Program-made: the position numbers and the translations under genes
NCBI GenBank assembly: GCA_973851085.1
Contig: OZ316775.1
Coordinates: forward strand, 18,848,001 to 18,912,000
Direction of reading: 5' to 3'
Length of the DNA stretch: 64,000 bases
Origin: Ptychomitrium polyphyllum
Lineage: Eukaryota
Part shown: positions 14,166 to 26,678 of the stretch, piece after piece
How positions within the stretch are numbered: position 1 is the stretch's first letter
Layout of the letters: the number at the start of each line of letters is the position of its first letter
Notes under the pieces: generated by a model
Databases searched by the model: none
Told to the model about the DNA's origin: nothing
The model's input: only the letters and a program-made list of their open reading frames with translations

Positions 14166-15267
14166 GATGGACTCGCCCTCAAACCCCAAAATCCTCGCAA
14201 CCAACTAACCTCTCCACCTGTTGGTGTACATCACACTCCGAGTATCCCCAATTGTCTTATTCAACACATAGACTCACATCATCGCATCACCGCGACAAGT
14301 CAAGCGATTTCACCAAAGATGAAGGGCGACTTCACCAAAGTAGAATCCCTCTTTTGATACCCTGCCTTCAATATGTGGGCCCACATGACCATGGTCGCAG
14401 AAAAGTTTGATCATGGAATACCGTGCATTTAGTATTGTAGGTTGTGGTTGTAAATTCGCTTCATGTGTTGCATCGCCGTGTGAGATTTTGACTTTGAAGT
14501 CTGCAGTTTGGCTTCAAGTTTATGCTTTTCTGCTTCCTCTTCTGCTCACATCCATCTTGTCGGAAGCATCGCACCTAATTTTGTGGTCACTGTGACGTCA
14601 TCATCGCAGTAACCCAACTCTTTTACCTGAGATGAGATGACCTCCGGCGAGTTCACGTTGTCGTCTTGGTTTTTGAGGTTTTTCAGGATGGTGTTGTGAG
14701 AAAGTTGTCTGCACGTGTGGGGCTGGTCCGAGAGGTGGCAGTTCGTTGCACTTGTGAGGGGTTACTCTTTTCCTACCGACACTTGCAATAGATCTGCCTC
14801 TGAGGGCGTGGGTTCTGGAATCCGAGTAGCAGTGCGGAGGAATTCTCTCAACCGAGTGAGGAAAGCTTCTGGGTTGCACTTTGGAACGCGAGTCTGGCGA
14901 TGGCCTTTCAGTTGAATATTTGCTGCTGCATCGGGTTGTGTTGGGGTGGTTATGTTTTTTTCGTTTATGTTCAGTTGCTCTGTTTTTGTGAGAGGTAGCT
15001 AAAGAGCTTCGCCTCGTTTTGGGAATGAGATCATTTCCAGAGCTTCTCATTGAGCTGTATAACGTTTTCCAAAGTGGAAGTTCTGGATGCCGCTTTCTTT
15101 TCTAGTAGTGGAAGCGGTTTTAGCGTTTTAGTGTTAGGCGCTGTGGATTGTCCAACATAGTTAGGGGTTGGAGTTGTAGATCGCTGCCCTAAAAGCGTTC
15201 TGGATCAGAGGAGAGGGCGAGAGCGAGGGTGAGGGCGAGGGTGAGGGTGAGGGTGAGGGAAGCAGCC
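14166..15267. promoter_or_regulatory. Shared upstream region of the divergent lipoyl synthase / P4H pair
   Basis: Head-to-head ATGs 1.1 kb apart. Palindromic site II-like ATGTGGGCCCACAT (14373-14386) and TGACGTCA (14593-14600). Confidence 0.55.
15213..15259 (+). repeat. (GAGGGY)n hexamer microsatellite in the P4H 5' UTR
   Basis: About 8 units of GAGGGC/GAGGGT ending 8 bp before the ATG at 15268. Confidence 0.85.
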
Positions 15268-18200
15268 ATGGCGAAATTGAGTCGAGGTCAGAGAACTGGA
15301 GCTGGTACAGTAGCGTTGCTGGTGCTGGCCGCGTTGTCTCTCATGCTCATGGTCATGTTGGTGCTGGGCTTGGTAGCCGTGCCAACGGGACGGCGAGCTT
15401 CGATTGAAGCCGGAGCTATGGTGGAACTGAAGCTGCCCACACACAGGTATGTCTAAGTTTTTAAGGATCTATAGACGAATTCCCGCTTTCGATTACGGTT
15501 GCGGATATTCAAAGCAGCAGGAGCTGCATAGGGTTTAATCGTCAATTCGCTGGGGTTCGGTTTTCGAGAGCTCGGGTGCATTCCGAAACCCAATTCTGTG
15601 TCACCTCTTGGGTTTCTGGATACGGGTAGAAATCGAGGGGCACTTGCTGCGAGTTAGCAGAGCTCAGTCTTTCTGACGTAGCCTGAATACATAAGGACGC
15701 TAAGGTGATAGCTTTAGCCCGATTTCGGGCAGAGTTCGCCTTTTCTGGAGTTTGTGCGTAGTGACCTGATCTTCGTCTTGGATATCCTAATCGCGGAATG
15801 CATCCGATTACATCGTAATCTTGCTCTGCAATACTCGGAATCCACGAGAGCTTCGAACACTTGATTATATGGCGGTACTTTTGGGACGTATTTTAGGGTT
15901 AATCTTTAGATTAATCATAGTTGATTCGAGATTGAGTCTCAACTGCGGTTGTGTTAGAGAATTTATCAAAGCTGCGGGTGGTTGATTTGGTAATTGATTG
16001 GAATAAACGTATCTGCTCAAGTGCTTCGGATCGTGCAAGGCCGTCAAAAATGGATACGTGAGAGTCAATAAGAGTAGTAGATAATCAATGTGATGTTTTG
16101 ATTTGCTGACACAGTATGGTTACTCCAATTACACGATAATTATCATTTGTTGGAGCGTGAGTCGCTCTCATCGTCTGTTAATCCCTGAACCGAAGCGTAT
16201 ATTTGCGTAGTTGGTTTTAACTTCACCTAGTAGCATGTTGTAACAAAAGCTTGCACCTGAAAAGGAGCTATTCAAACTCATATTTAGAGTAATGGGCTCT
16301 ATGACGTTTTCCCGAGCGTCTGTTTCTGGTCGCAGGCATAGGGAGGACAACGCCTTGACTCCTTGGCTTGAAGTCCTATCTTGGGAGCCCAGGGGTTTCT
16401 TGTATCACCACTTTCTGGTGAGTCTTGTTTACAATTCATGCTCTGTTATCATGCATGTGAAACCCTAGTTTATTTGGATAGTCATACGTCCTGATAATGT
16501 GTATTTCCGACACAGACACGGGAGTCTGTACTGATGAGGTGCTCTAATAAACACTCCCCTGCGATCTACATCTGAGTTAGAGCTTGTAATGGGAACATGT
16601 GATGATGTTCAGTGACATTAGAAGAAGAATAAGAATAAATGGATCGCTGGTGCCGATTACTCGTAGATGTATCAAGTGATCTAAGTCGAGACTGGTGTAT
16701 TGGGAACAGGCACAAGAGGAATGCAAGCATCTGATTGAGGCAGCGAGGCCAAGCTTGGTGAAGTCAACGGTTGTGGATAGTGCTACTGGAAAGAGCAAAG
16801 ACAGCAGGTGCGTGCTAATGGAGCTCTTTCTCAATGTTGCAGTCTGTAAGTGGTTGATCCCGCCAGCTTTTCCAGTTCAGCTGTGATTACACTTTTGGTC
16901 TCCATTGGCTCCACAGGTGGATCCTCATGTATGTGTAGTGAATCTTAGGTTGTCTCAACGTTTCGTGCATCACATGGCGACTGCGCAATGTCCAGGTTTT
17001 CATAGCCATGCTTTGACTCGGTGCTTATGATACTGCAGAGTACGCACAAGTTCAGGAACATTTTTGATGCGTGGTCAAGACCATGTGATTAAGAGGATCG
17101 AGAAACGAATAGCTGATTTCACATTCATACCCGTTGGTGTGTATGATCCACCCTTGCTTTCAGTGCTGAGTTTATGTAGGTGGTATGCTAGTCGGATGAG
17201 GTTTTGATGTTTCTTCCGGTGGCAAGAATTTGTGCATGTTGATGCGTTCTCGATGTGATTGGTTTGGCGCTGGTAGTCCACCATGGAAAACCGTGCCACG
17301 CTTACGGGTTTTATTTCACTTTTCATTCTGCACCTGGCATGGATTGGTACAGCCCCTGCTCAGGAGCGTGCTAGCGTGCTTTGTGCGCCATCCTGTTCAG
17401 TGCAGTCACGGCGTGTTGTTTTTTGGACGCAGAACAAGGTGAAGGTTTACAAGTTCTGCAGTACAAAGAGAGTGAAAAGTACGAGGCTCACTATGACTAC
17501 TTTCACGACGCGTTGAACACCAAGAACGGTGGCCAACGAATTGCTACTGCACTGATGTATCTGTGAGTCTTCCGCTCTGTTGATCCCCTCACCACACGAC
17601 TTGCGCTGCACTTGTTTCCCGTGTATGCAGCGGAGCAGGCTTGTACAGCCTGCGTCGACGATCAGCAATCCTACATCACCTGTTAGCTCCCAGTGAAGAG
17701 AGAATGACAGTCTGGCATGATTGAGGTGTAGGTGAAACTACTTTCGGCTGGAAAAGTGTACGTCTGCAATCACATCGGTCTCACTGATGAGTCCTGACGT
17801 TTTCATGACGTGGGCAGAGCTCAAATGTTGAGGAGGGGGGAGAAACGGTTTTCCCAGCTTCGAAGGTGAATGCCAGTGAGGTTCCCGATTGGAATCAGCG
17901 ATCAGAATGCGCGAAGGCTGGCGTTTCCGTGCGACCGCGTACGGGAGATGCCTTGCTGTTCTGGAGCATGAAGCCAGATGCCACTGTAGATCCTACGAGC
18001 TTGCATGGTAGGCTTCCGTTTCGGCCTGGGTTTGCAGTGGAAAACTCGTCGTGCAGTCTCTGATCGGCTAGGGTTTGGAAGAGAGCCACGCTCTTTTCGC
18101 TGCCCATATACTTCGGTCGTCAAGAACTTAGAGGAGTCACATGTCTGGGTTGAATGCGCGTCCTGTTTCGCATTCCCTTATCCCCTCTTGAAACTCGACA

Positions 18201-18339
18201 GGCTCCTTGTGTTGGGACCGAAAGGCTGGTTTACTAAAATGGTGGGGTGTGCTTTCGTTGGGCAGGCGGCTGCCCTGTGATTAGAGGCACCAAATGGTCT
18301 GCCACAAAGTGGTTGCACGTTGAGATGTACGCAGTGTGA
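15268..18339 (+). CDS. P4H: Prolyl 4-hydroxylase (type II membrane 2OG-Fe(II) dioxygenase); 7 exons, 282 aa
   Basis: Exons 15268-15446, 16336-16417, 16710-16807, 17039-17136, 17433-17562, 17820-18007, 18266-18339 (849 nt). N-terminal TM helix; EVLSWEPR, RTSSGTF, EGLQVLQY..YEAHYDYF, GGQRIATALMYL, GGETVFP, SLHGGCPV..GTKWSATKW. Exon 6 needs a GAG acceptor to stay in frame. Confidence 0.92.
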
Positions 18340-21300
18340 AGGCGATCCAGGAAGCCTTGTTCAGGTATCAATGCTTCGTTTGTTGCCACCTGTTTCTGAA
18401 CAGTGAACTCCCCCACGGAGTTCAGTTTCACGGTGGGCAACGTGGTTGTGTAGGAGGGTCGTCGTGAATGTCATGAACCGTACAGCACACGGCTCTGAAG
18501 CCTGAAGTAGTTCGTGTTAAGAACCGATGACTTGGGGTCCTTTCCGTGAGCTGAAAACGCTTACATTCATCAATGACGGCGTACCGGTGACTTGACATCA
18601 TATTCTTCCTGTTCGCACTGACTCACCGAAATCCACACTGCGTGAGTGCAGGCAGATGGAGAGTCCGGTACTGGCGGAGACGGAGTGCTCTAGTAGACCG
18701 TTGGGAGAATACAAACATGTTTGCCAGTTCTGTTGGCCGTGGCACACGGAGAGGTGATCGAGGGTGGTGAGTGCACCTCATACTGCAGAGAATTGAGACG
18801 ACGAGAACACCCAAGCGGACTAGTTATAATCCGGTTTCTCCAAAGCAACTGTAGTGGCTAGTAAATAGGGCAAACTTCACGTTCTGGGACCTGATCAAGG
18901 TTCCAGTGCTGTGAGATTTGATGTTCATGAGTACGTCGTGTATGTGAAACAGTGTGGTGCACACTATTGTTCCAATCCAGGCTACAGTGGAATTCCAGTG
19001 ACGCACAATTTGCTCCAATTCTGAAAGAGAGTGCAATAAACACTAGAATTGTGATGTGACTAGTCGGCTGAGGCTGAAAACTTTGTCCATTCCACATCTG
19101 ATAAGCGCAACGAAGGTGAATGTGAACATCCACAGCACCTAGAGTTACTCCGAATGACGCGTCCAGGAAAGAATGAGGGTGGGCCGTGTTGTACTGCAGC
19201 CGCGGGACTCCGTGGCAGGGACGGCCCTGCCCGGGGCATCTCCCGGCGCATCTCCTCGTATTTTATGTCTGCATGCACACATGGGGGTCCGCGTGTTGGA
19301 TGCTGGGCGGACACCGCGTTCGAGCTTGACCTGGGCGGCCTCTTACCATTCGCGCTCCCGACTTGCCTGCATTGTGTGGGGCTTCCTGGAGGCAGAGCCC
19401 ACGGCTCATGTGGCTCGCAAGCGACGTCGGTCATTGGCAGTTTGTGTTATTGGCTGGGATGTTCCCACTCCTGGCGTGGTCGCCCGTCGCAGCCATCGCA
19501 GAGCTCCGTCCCTGCTTGTCGCTGGTCGCCCCGAGGCGCTAGTTCGTGGCCATCTTCTCTTTCGTGCGCGGTTTTCAGCATCCTGCGGAGGGCCGTGGGG
19601 GAGAGTGCTGCGCCTCTTCCCCATGGGTGTCGGCGCGTGGATGTTGATGTGAAGCGGAGCTGAGGAAACCAGGGCGTTTGGTGGACGCTTCGGCTGGTGG
19701 CCGGCGCTAGTGCAGGTGGGTCGGTTGGACTGCGCTTGTTGGTTGTGGTTGTGGAGTGACAGTACCCGTTGACAGCTCTGTGGTTTGGTGATGGCTATTG
19801 CGGCGAGCAACGTTTTGGGGAGGAGAGAGGTGCAGTGAGGGGAGGTGCGTCTTGGGAGCTGATAGGTCTTGAGGCGGAGGATGAGAGGAGAGGAGCGGAG
19901 TGGGGTATTGTGCGTGGGAGTGTTCGCCACGGGCGCCATACCGTCGCGGAGGTTGTATGCTGGGGTGGGGTGGAATGCGAGCGTCGTTTGCTGGTGCAAG
20001 GTTTCGCAAGTCTTAGTGGTTGCGTGCTACAGTAGGCCGTTCCATTTGTACTGTGCTGTTGACCTCTTTCTAGTCGATTCAGTGGATGATAGTTGATAGA
20101 TTAGTGGAGCCCTATTTGGAGCTTCTTTGATGTAGATCCGGGTTGTTACAGCGTTGAAGTTTGCAATGAGCGTGCTGGCATTGTTGACAAATGTGCGGAC
20201 GGCGTGGTGAATGAAATACCTGGGAGATTGTTGATAGGTCTCTGTGGTGTGGTGACGGAAGGAAGGCTGGGATTTCAAGTATCATTTGAGCAGGCAAGAG
20301 GAGGAATTTCGTGTACTTCCCATCAGGTACCTTCGTGCGAGAGATCTCTGTTTGATCACAACGTCGGTCTAGAGTGCTAGTGGAGGCAAGCTGCTTGTCC
20401 ATCTTTCTGCACACCATTTGGGTAGGTGGTTGTCACTGCTTAATTGTGGGGAGCTTCATTGTGGTTGTGGGTCGTGATTGATTTGGCACGTATGTTGATT
20501 ACGGGAGAGTTGATGATATCATTGGCAGCCGTAGAGGTTGTCATGGCAGATCCAGTCTTCACTCCTGCTGTAGTAGGGACAGCCGTAAATATGTTCGTCA
20601 ACGAGGTGATCAATGCAGCCAAAGGTGCCTACAGACATAGAGAGAAGTGCAGGCTTCTCCTGGAGAGTGCGAACAAGCTCCAACCACACATTGACGGAGC
20701 ATGTGAACATTCAGCCGGTTGGGAGAAGGCTCAGAGTGATGCGTTGCACGAAATCAAAGGTATTATGGAGGAAGCAAGAAGCTTTGGCACAAGAGGTGTA
20801 GAAGAATCAAAGCGCGAGGGGAGGAAGAGAGCGGTGCTTTTCTGGCGGTGGGGGAAGCTGCCAGCCGAGCTAGCGGCTATCATTCGCCGGATCGAAAAGG
20901 CAATGGGTATTGTTGTTTTCTGTGCTGCGGTTGAATGCCTGAAGGGCGCCAATGCTGCAAAGAAAGCAAGATGGCCAGACTTTGTAGTGCAACCGATCCC
21001 AGCGGAGATCGTGGGGGTGGATGTTCCGTTCAACAAACTGAAGGCAGCCATTCTAGAGAGCCACACAAAAGATGCGGCCAGCCACCTTGGGTTGCACGGG
21101 AGAGGTGGAGCTGGGAAAACGTTGGTGGCAAAGATGTTGCATAATGATGGAGACATCAAAGGGAAGTACGGAGCTGATCTTGTGAGGTGGATCAGCGTGG
21201 GACTGGATGCAAGAGTTCGTGATGTGTACAAAACAATGGCAACATTCTTAGGAGATGCAAGGTTTGAACAGAGCTACATTCATCGGAGCTTAGAAGATCA

Positions 21301-22805
21301 ACGTTCTTTCTTGATGGATGCATTCAGAGAGAAGAAGGTATTGTTGGTTTTGGACGATGTGTGGCAGGAAGGAGGCGAACAAAATCATGCCATGATGTAT
21401 TGGCTGAACATTATAACGGCCCCAGGATCTGTAACCTTGATCACAACACGCAACGTTGTAGTGCTGTCAGAGGTTTATGCTGAAGCAGAGGTCGTACTGT
21501 CTCTGTCGGAAGATGACAGTTGGAAATTGTTCTGCATTCATGCATTTGACAAGGGCACACTACCTGAGACAGTTCCAAAGGACTTGGCAAAAGAAGTATG
21601 TGAAGAGTGTGGACGGTTACCCTTGGCATTGGAAGTTGTGGGTAGCACAATGAGGGACAAGGTGAAGAAGGAAGAATGGAGTTATGCGTTGCATGGTTTG
21701 AAGCAATCCAAAGCAATATTAGGTTCCAAAGTAGACAGTGAAGTTTTTGGTCGCTTGCGGTGGAGTTACGACATGTTGGAGGGGGACGTGTTGAAGACAT
21801 GTTTCTTGTACTTTGCAGCATTTCCGGAAGACTATGAGATTGAAGTGAGCAAGTTAGTCCAGATGTGGATCTCAGAGGGATTGGTTGGTGCGGAAGATGA
21901 GGGAAAGGCCCACTTGGCAGTTCTTGAGAAGCGGTCTTTGATTGATTTGCGTCGTGGTGGAACACATGCGCAAGTGCATGACATTTTGCGAGGCCTTGCG
22001 CTCATGATCATTGCCAAAGCTGAAGTAGGCCAGAGTGGATACAATAGTTTCTTTGCATCAGGAAAAGTGTTGAAATCACTTCCACCAGGGAAGTCGGTAG
22101 AGGCCATCAAAAGAATGTCATTGATCAACAACGGCATCCCTCAAGGCTTGGACACCCTTCGAGCAGCTAACCTTCAAGTGTGCTTGTTTTCGGGGCTCAA
22201 TGGATCCGTAGATGAAGTGTTGAGTTTCTTCTCCAATTTGAGAATGACGAATTTGAAGTATTTGGACCTCTCACATACTAACTTAAACTTTCAAGGGGAG
22301 TTTTTACATTTTTGTGAATTGAGATTTCTTACGCACTTGGACCTATCATGGTGTAAATCCTTGAGGCAACTTCCTAAGCAAATTGGGGAGATGAAGGCTC
22401 TCACAAACTTGTACTTAAATGGGTGTTCATCCTTGCAGCAACTTCCAGAGCAAATTGGGGAGATGAAGGCTCTTGCGAACTTGTACTTAAATGGGTGTTT
22501 ATCCTTGCAACAACTTCCTGTGCAGATTGGGGAGTTGAAGGCTCTTACGAACTTGGACCTAGATGGATGTTCATCCTTGCAGCAACTTCCTGCGCAAATT
22601 GGGGAGTTGAAGGCTCTTACAGACTTGGTCCTATATGGTTGTTCATCCTTGCAGCAACTTCCAAAGCAAATTGGGGAGTTGAAGGCTCTTACAAACTTAG
22701 ACCTAAATAGGTGTTCATCCTTGCAGCAACTTCCAGAGCAAATTGGGGAGTTGAAGGCTCTTACATTATTGGACCTATTTGGATGTTCATCCTTGCAGCA
22801 ACTTC
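16560..22805 (+). repeat. Left arm of 6246-bp inverted duplication (partner 52203-58448)
   Basis: Position x maps to 75008-x. All ORF-track translations in the two arms are identical mirror images. Identity breaks at 16559/58449 and 22806/52202. Confidence 0.97.
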
Positions 22806-23056
22806 TAGAGCAAATTGGGGAGTTGAAGGCTGTTACGTACTTTAATTTTTATGGTTGTTCATCCTTGCTGCAACTTCCAGAGCAGATTGGAGAGTTGAAG
22901 GCTCTTGCAAAGTTGTACCTAAATGGGCGTTCATCCTTGCAGCAACTACCAGAGCAAATTGGGGAGTTGAAGGCTCTTATGTACTTGGACCTATATGGGT
23001 GTTCATCTTTACAGCAACTTCCAGAACAAATTGGACGGTTGAAGGCTCTTACGTAA
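20543..23056 (+). CDS. NLR immune receptor copy A (CC-type N-terminus, NB-ARC, ~10 regular LRRs, ends at a premature-looking stop)
   Basis: Single exon from MADPVFTPAVVG. P-loop GRGGAGKT, kinase-2 LLVLDDVW, RNBS-B GSVTLITTR, GRLPLAL, RNBS-D CFLYFAAFPED, VHD. 24-aa LRRs from 22328. TAA at 23054 falls inside repeat 11, and degenerate LRR sequence continues to ~23184. Confidence 0.93.
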   Translation: MADPVFTPAVVGTAVNMFVNEVINAAKGAYRHREKCRLLLESANKLQPHIDGACEHSAGWEKAQSDALHEIKGIMEEARSFGTRGVEESKREGRKRAVLFWRWGKLPAELAAIIRRIEKAMGIVVFCAAVECLKGANAAKKARWPDFVVQPIPAEIVGVDVPFNKLKAAILESHTKDAASHLGLHGRGGAGKTLVAKMLHNDGDIKGKYGADLVRWISVGLDARVRDVYKTMATFLGDARFEQSYIHRSLEDQRSFLMDAFREKKVLLVLDDVWQEGGEQNHAMMYWLNIITAPGSVTLITTRNVVVLSEVYAEAEVVLSLSEDDSWKLFCIHAFDKGTLPETVPKDLAKEVCEECGRLPLALEVVGSTMRDKVKKEEWSYALHGLKQSKAILGSKVDSEVFGRLRWSYDMLEGDVLKTCFLYFAAFPEDYEIEVSKLVQMWISEGLVGAEDEGKAHLAVLEKRSLIDLRRGGTHAQVHDILRGLALMIIAKAEVGQSGYNSFFASGKVLKSLPPGKSVEAIKRMSLINNGIPQGLDTLRAANLQVCLFSGLNGSVDEVLSFFSNLRMTNLKYLDLSHTNLNFQGEFLHFCELRFLTHLDLSWCKSLRQLPKQIGEMKALTNLYLNGCSSLQQLPEQIGEMKALANLYLNGCLSLQQLPVQIGELKALTNLDLDGCSSLQQLPAQIGELKALTDLVLYGCSSLQQLPKQIGELKALTNLDLNRCSSLQQLPEQIGELKALTLLDLFGCSSLQQLLEQIGELKAVTYFNFYGCSSLLQLPEQIGELKALAKLYLNGRSSLQQLPEQIGELKALMYLDLYGCSSLQQLPEQIGRLKALT

Positions 23057-23749
23057 TTGAATCTACATGGATGTTCATCCTTACAGCAACTTCCAGAGCA
23101 AGTATAGAATTAAAGAGTATTGTAATTTTTGATGTAAAGAAGTGTACATCTTTGAAGTTGCTTCTAAAGATTATTAGTATATAGAAATATTCACAATTGT
23201 GTATGAAATCAATTGTAGCATGTGTAAAGATGGTTGTAGGTGCAAACTCTATAATATATTAAGAAGAGTTGAAATAGAACTAATGGTTTATAAATAAAAG
23301 CAGAGGAATAGTGAAAAGTCAAAGTGGCCATATTTGAAGCTAAAGAATTTTTTTTGATAAATAATACTATGACACATCTATTATTTTATAAATAAACAAG
23401 CTTCTGATCTGATAACATCTAAAATTGTATGTAATATCATTGTATTTCATTTGAAAATGATCTATTGGATTCATAAGTAGTACACCACGATTTTAGTTAT
23501 TTATAACATTGTTGTTGGTAAAACTTGTCCAAATTCCAAATGAAATAGAAACTTTCACTTGTTAAGGGATCAACTATCAACTCGTCAAGGACTTTGTAAC
23601 ATCCTTAATATGAAGCCGAATTGATATTGAAATTACTTTGTAATCAATAGCACTTAGAATTAAGCTAGCCGTAGCAACTTAAATTAGCTCAATTGACAAA
23701 TTTGAATTCTAGTTCAATTACATGTAAAGAAAAGTTGTTCTTTGAGACA

Positions 23750-24900
23750 ATATGCAACTTTTTGAAGTTAGCATTAATTGATAGTCATTTCTAAAAATTT
23801 GTATATTTTTTTTTGTTAAATAGAGTTTTGCATCATTTTGCTATCTTTTGTAATTGTTGTTTTTTGTTCTAAGTATTGTTATGAGTAAGCTACTAGGACA
23901 TTAGTTGAGTTAATAACTCCATTGGTTTTTGTTAAGTGTTGTGTAGTTGGTTACTGAATGAATAGTAATTGACTGATAAGGATTGGGTTAATACTCAAAG
24001 TATTTTTCCACCCTTAACATCACCTACACAACTTTCTTAGTAACTAAAGCAAGTCCAGTATATTCTACTTTGGCAGCTGAGAGAGTGACAACAGATTGCT
24101 TCAACTGGCGACTCTTCTTCTAAGCAAAAGTATACATTCAAATGCTGACTTTCTATCATCTACATCACCAACCCAAGTTAAATCATTGTAATCAACAAGA
24201 ATAATCTCCAACACTTTTGATAACATGGCTTGAAATGTCAATGGAAAATCTCTTATACCTTTCAAGTATCTAATTGTCCGCTTAACCATGTGTCCATGTT
24301 AAGGTCTAAGATTGGCCTTATATTTGCTTAATGCAACAATAAGTAAAGCAATATTGGAACTTATTGCATGTCATCAAATAAATGAAGCTCCCCGCAACTT
24401 GTCAAGATGGTAGTTGCAACATGTTACTATTCCTAGCCTTAGATGATGGACTCATGGATATAGTAAGCTTTATACCTGCTTCAATTAGTGTAGACATTAG
24501 ATGACAGTTGGTTATGAAGTACTAATTTTGAATTTTGTCAATGACAGCAAACTGTGACATGATTAGCATTCCTTTACTAATGTCTTGTTTCATTGACCTG
24601 CTTTACAACCATGTGATCTATTTCAAATCTGTCATCTAAAAGCATGTAGATAAGGTAACATTTAACACATTGATGAGTTGCAAATTGTCACTTAGTAAAC
24701 CTAAGTTGCCAACATACGACGTGATAAAGAAGGGTCAATAGGTGTGAACTTAGACACTATAATCAGCTTGATGTAAGATGAAACCGTTTGCAATCTAAAA
24801 CTCATCCATCTTTATGTAGTATAATTCTAGTGCTTGTCTTAAACCGTATAGATCATTTTTCAATTGATACAATTTTGAGGAATTACTTGATTAGAACCTT
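23750..24900 (-). mobile_element. Highly decayed Ty1/copia RT-RNase H fragment
   Basis: ORF 24101-24289 VKRTIRYLKG...DLTWVGDVDDRKS resembles the copia KRILRYLKG...DADWAGDxDDRKS motifs. Boundaries approximate. Confidence 0.75.
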
Positions 24901-25740
24901 TCAAATGTCTATTTGGTAGATTTCTAGTTCAAGACAAATGCCATTGCAAGAATCATGAGACTAGATAAGCAAGAATATCATGATAAAAAAGAATCCATAA
25001 AGAAGCATTTGAAACATCATACTCCTCATGTAAATCCATCACAAAAATTTAGAAAAAGCAACCTAGTTTAGGGATTAAACTTATGCAAATGATAACAAAA
25101 GTAATAACAAAATTCCTTGGTAAAATAGAAAGTGACATAATGACTATTATGAAATGAGTTTTATCACGTGCAATTTGTATGTTGTAAATATAACACATAC
25201 ATTGAATGTCTTAACGTTTAGCTCTTTATATTTGTATTTTGCTGACAAGAAAAGTGATGAAAAAGTTGGTTATCTATTTGCAATTAATGTATTCAATGCA
25301 CTTTAAACTTGCAACTAAGAAATTGATACCTAAGCATTGCTTGCAATACACTTCAACTTGTATGCATGACAAATTATATAGAACCAAAACAAAAAGCTCA
25401 AAAAAAGAATATTCCTCAATGAATAAGATCCTTGTATGGCATTGTGGGCTCTTTTTGCACAAACCTTGTTGATACAATATATAAGCACAAAGGCATTATT
25501 AGTACCATATATATAATTAAAATGAACCTTCCTTAATTATTAGGCCTTTGGAGCAGAAAAAAAATAACATTTAAAAAGATATAACATATACCAAATTAAA
25601 AGGATCAATTTTTTTTAATTACATCTATATAAATAACATTAATTAAAGATGAAAATTGCAAAAAATAACAACTAGCAATAATGAAAGGTATATATAGAGT
25701 AATATAACTATTAAAAAACTTCTACATTAGTGACTATGTT

Positions 25741-26678
25741 TGTTATATACCTTTCTTTAAAGAGTGCCTACAACACTAAAAGCATAAGAAGGATCTAGGA
25801 GTGACCTTTGGGACATGTGGCACCAATAATGAGGTAACCCACATGGACCTAGTATGGGAAAGAACTCCGAGGAAGAGAAACATCTTTGTTCACAAAGACT
25901 AAGAGCCACAAAAAAGAAGTCAAAGGTATTAGATGCCTCACAATGAGTTGATTTTAGAATGCTAAGGATTGCTCAAATTAAGCAAGGAAACTAGAAGATA
26001 TGGAGCTCCAAAGTTGAGACTGGCCAAAAGCTGTTTTGGACAGTGGATGTTCTAGACTATAACTGTGTTGGATTAAGATAATACAAGGAAAGACTCCCAA
26101 TTGTCAAATTTTAATTAATATTCTAAAAGATATGCCTTTAAAAAGATTTAGGACTTAGAAGGATTCTATTGACATCTATGCAAAGAATAAATGACAAGAA
26201 ACTAGTCGTTTGATAAATTTAAAGACCAATCGTGGAAGATATTGAATCCTGAAGGTCCGCAAGAAGTTTTGAAAGCTTCCAGGAACTAAGTCTTAAGAAG
26301 AATTGGGTAATCTTCAAAAGTTTGGATGTGTCAAGATTTGGCCAGGTACAAAGGACTAAGGGGCTTATCAACTCCCACATAGAGTATTATAAGAGAGGGC
26401 TAGTCTCCCTCTCCACTGCCATAATGTCTCAATAGTAACTAAAGAAGAGTCTTGGTCAAAGGAGCTAGTGTTGAGGCTTCACTATAGAAACATCCACACC
26501 ATTGTGAGCTTATATATAGACGATTTCACAAAAAACAAACTAATGCGTTCTAAAATGTGCATAAGATGTCACTAACTTAAGATAGTGTCTTTAAGCCGGC
26601 ACTATAATAGTCCGGGGTGATCATAGGATTACATGGAGATCATGAGTGGTAATGAGGAACCACCACTAAATGCAACTA
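25741..26678 (+). mobile_element. Old solo LTR of the chromovirus family, 5' part (3' part now at 41952-42185, inverted)
   Basis: Starts TGTTATATACCTTTCTTTAAAGAGTGCC and is collinear with the young LTR but AT-shifted. Preceded by ATGTT (25736-25740); interrupted at ...CACTAAATGCAACTA by the younger element. Confidence 0.88.

Noticed and set aside
19060..20100. Overlapping 75-197 aa ORFs on both strands (and mirrors at 54912-55948)
   Set aside because: Expected in GC-rich DNA; no recognisable domain.
20444..20542. 33-aa N-terminal extension of the NLR in the ORF track
   Set aside because: Begins at TTG; the ATG at 20543 has good context (GTCATGG) and gives the MADP/MAEPL-like start. An in-frame ATG at 20492 cannot be excluded.
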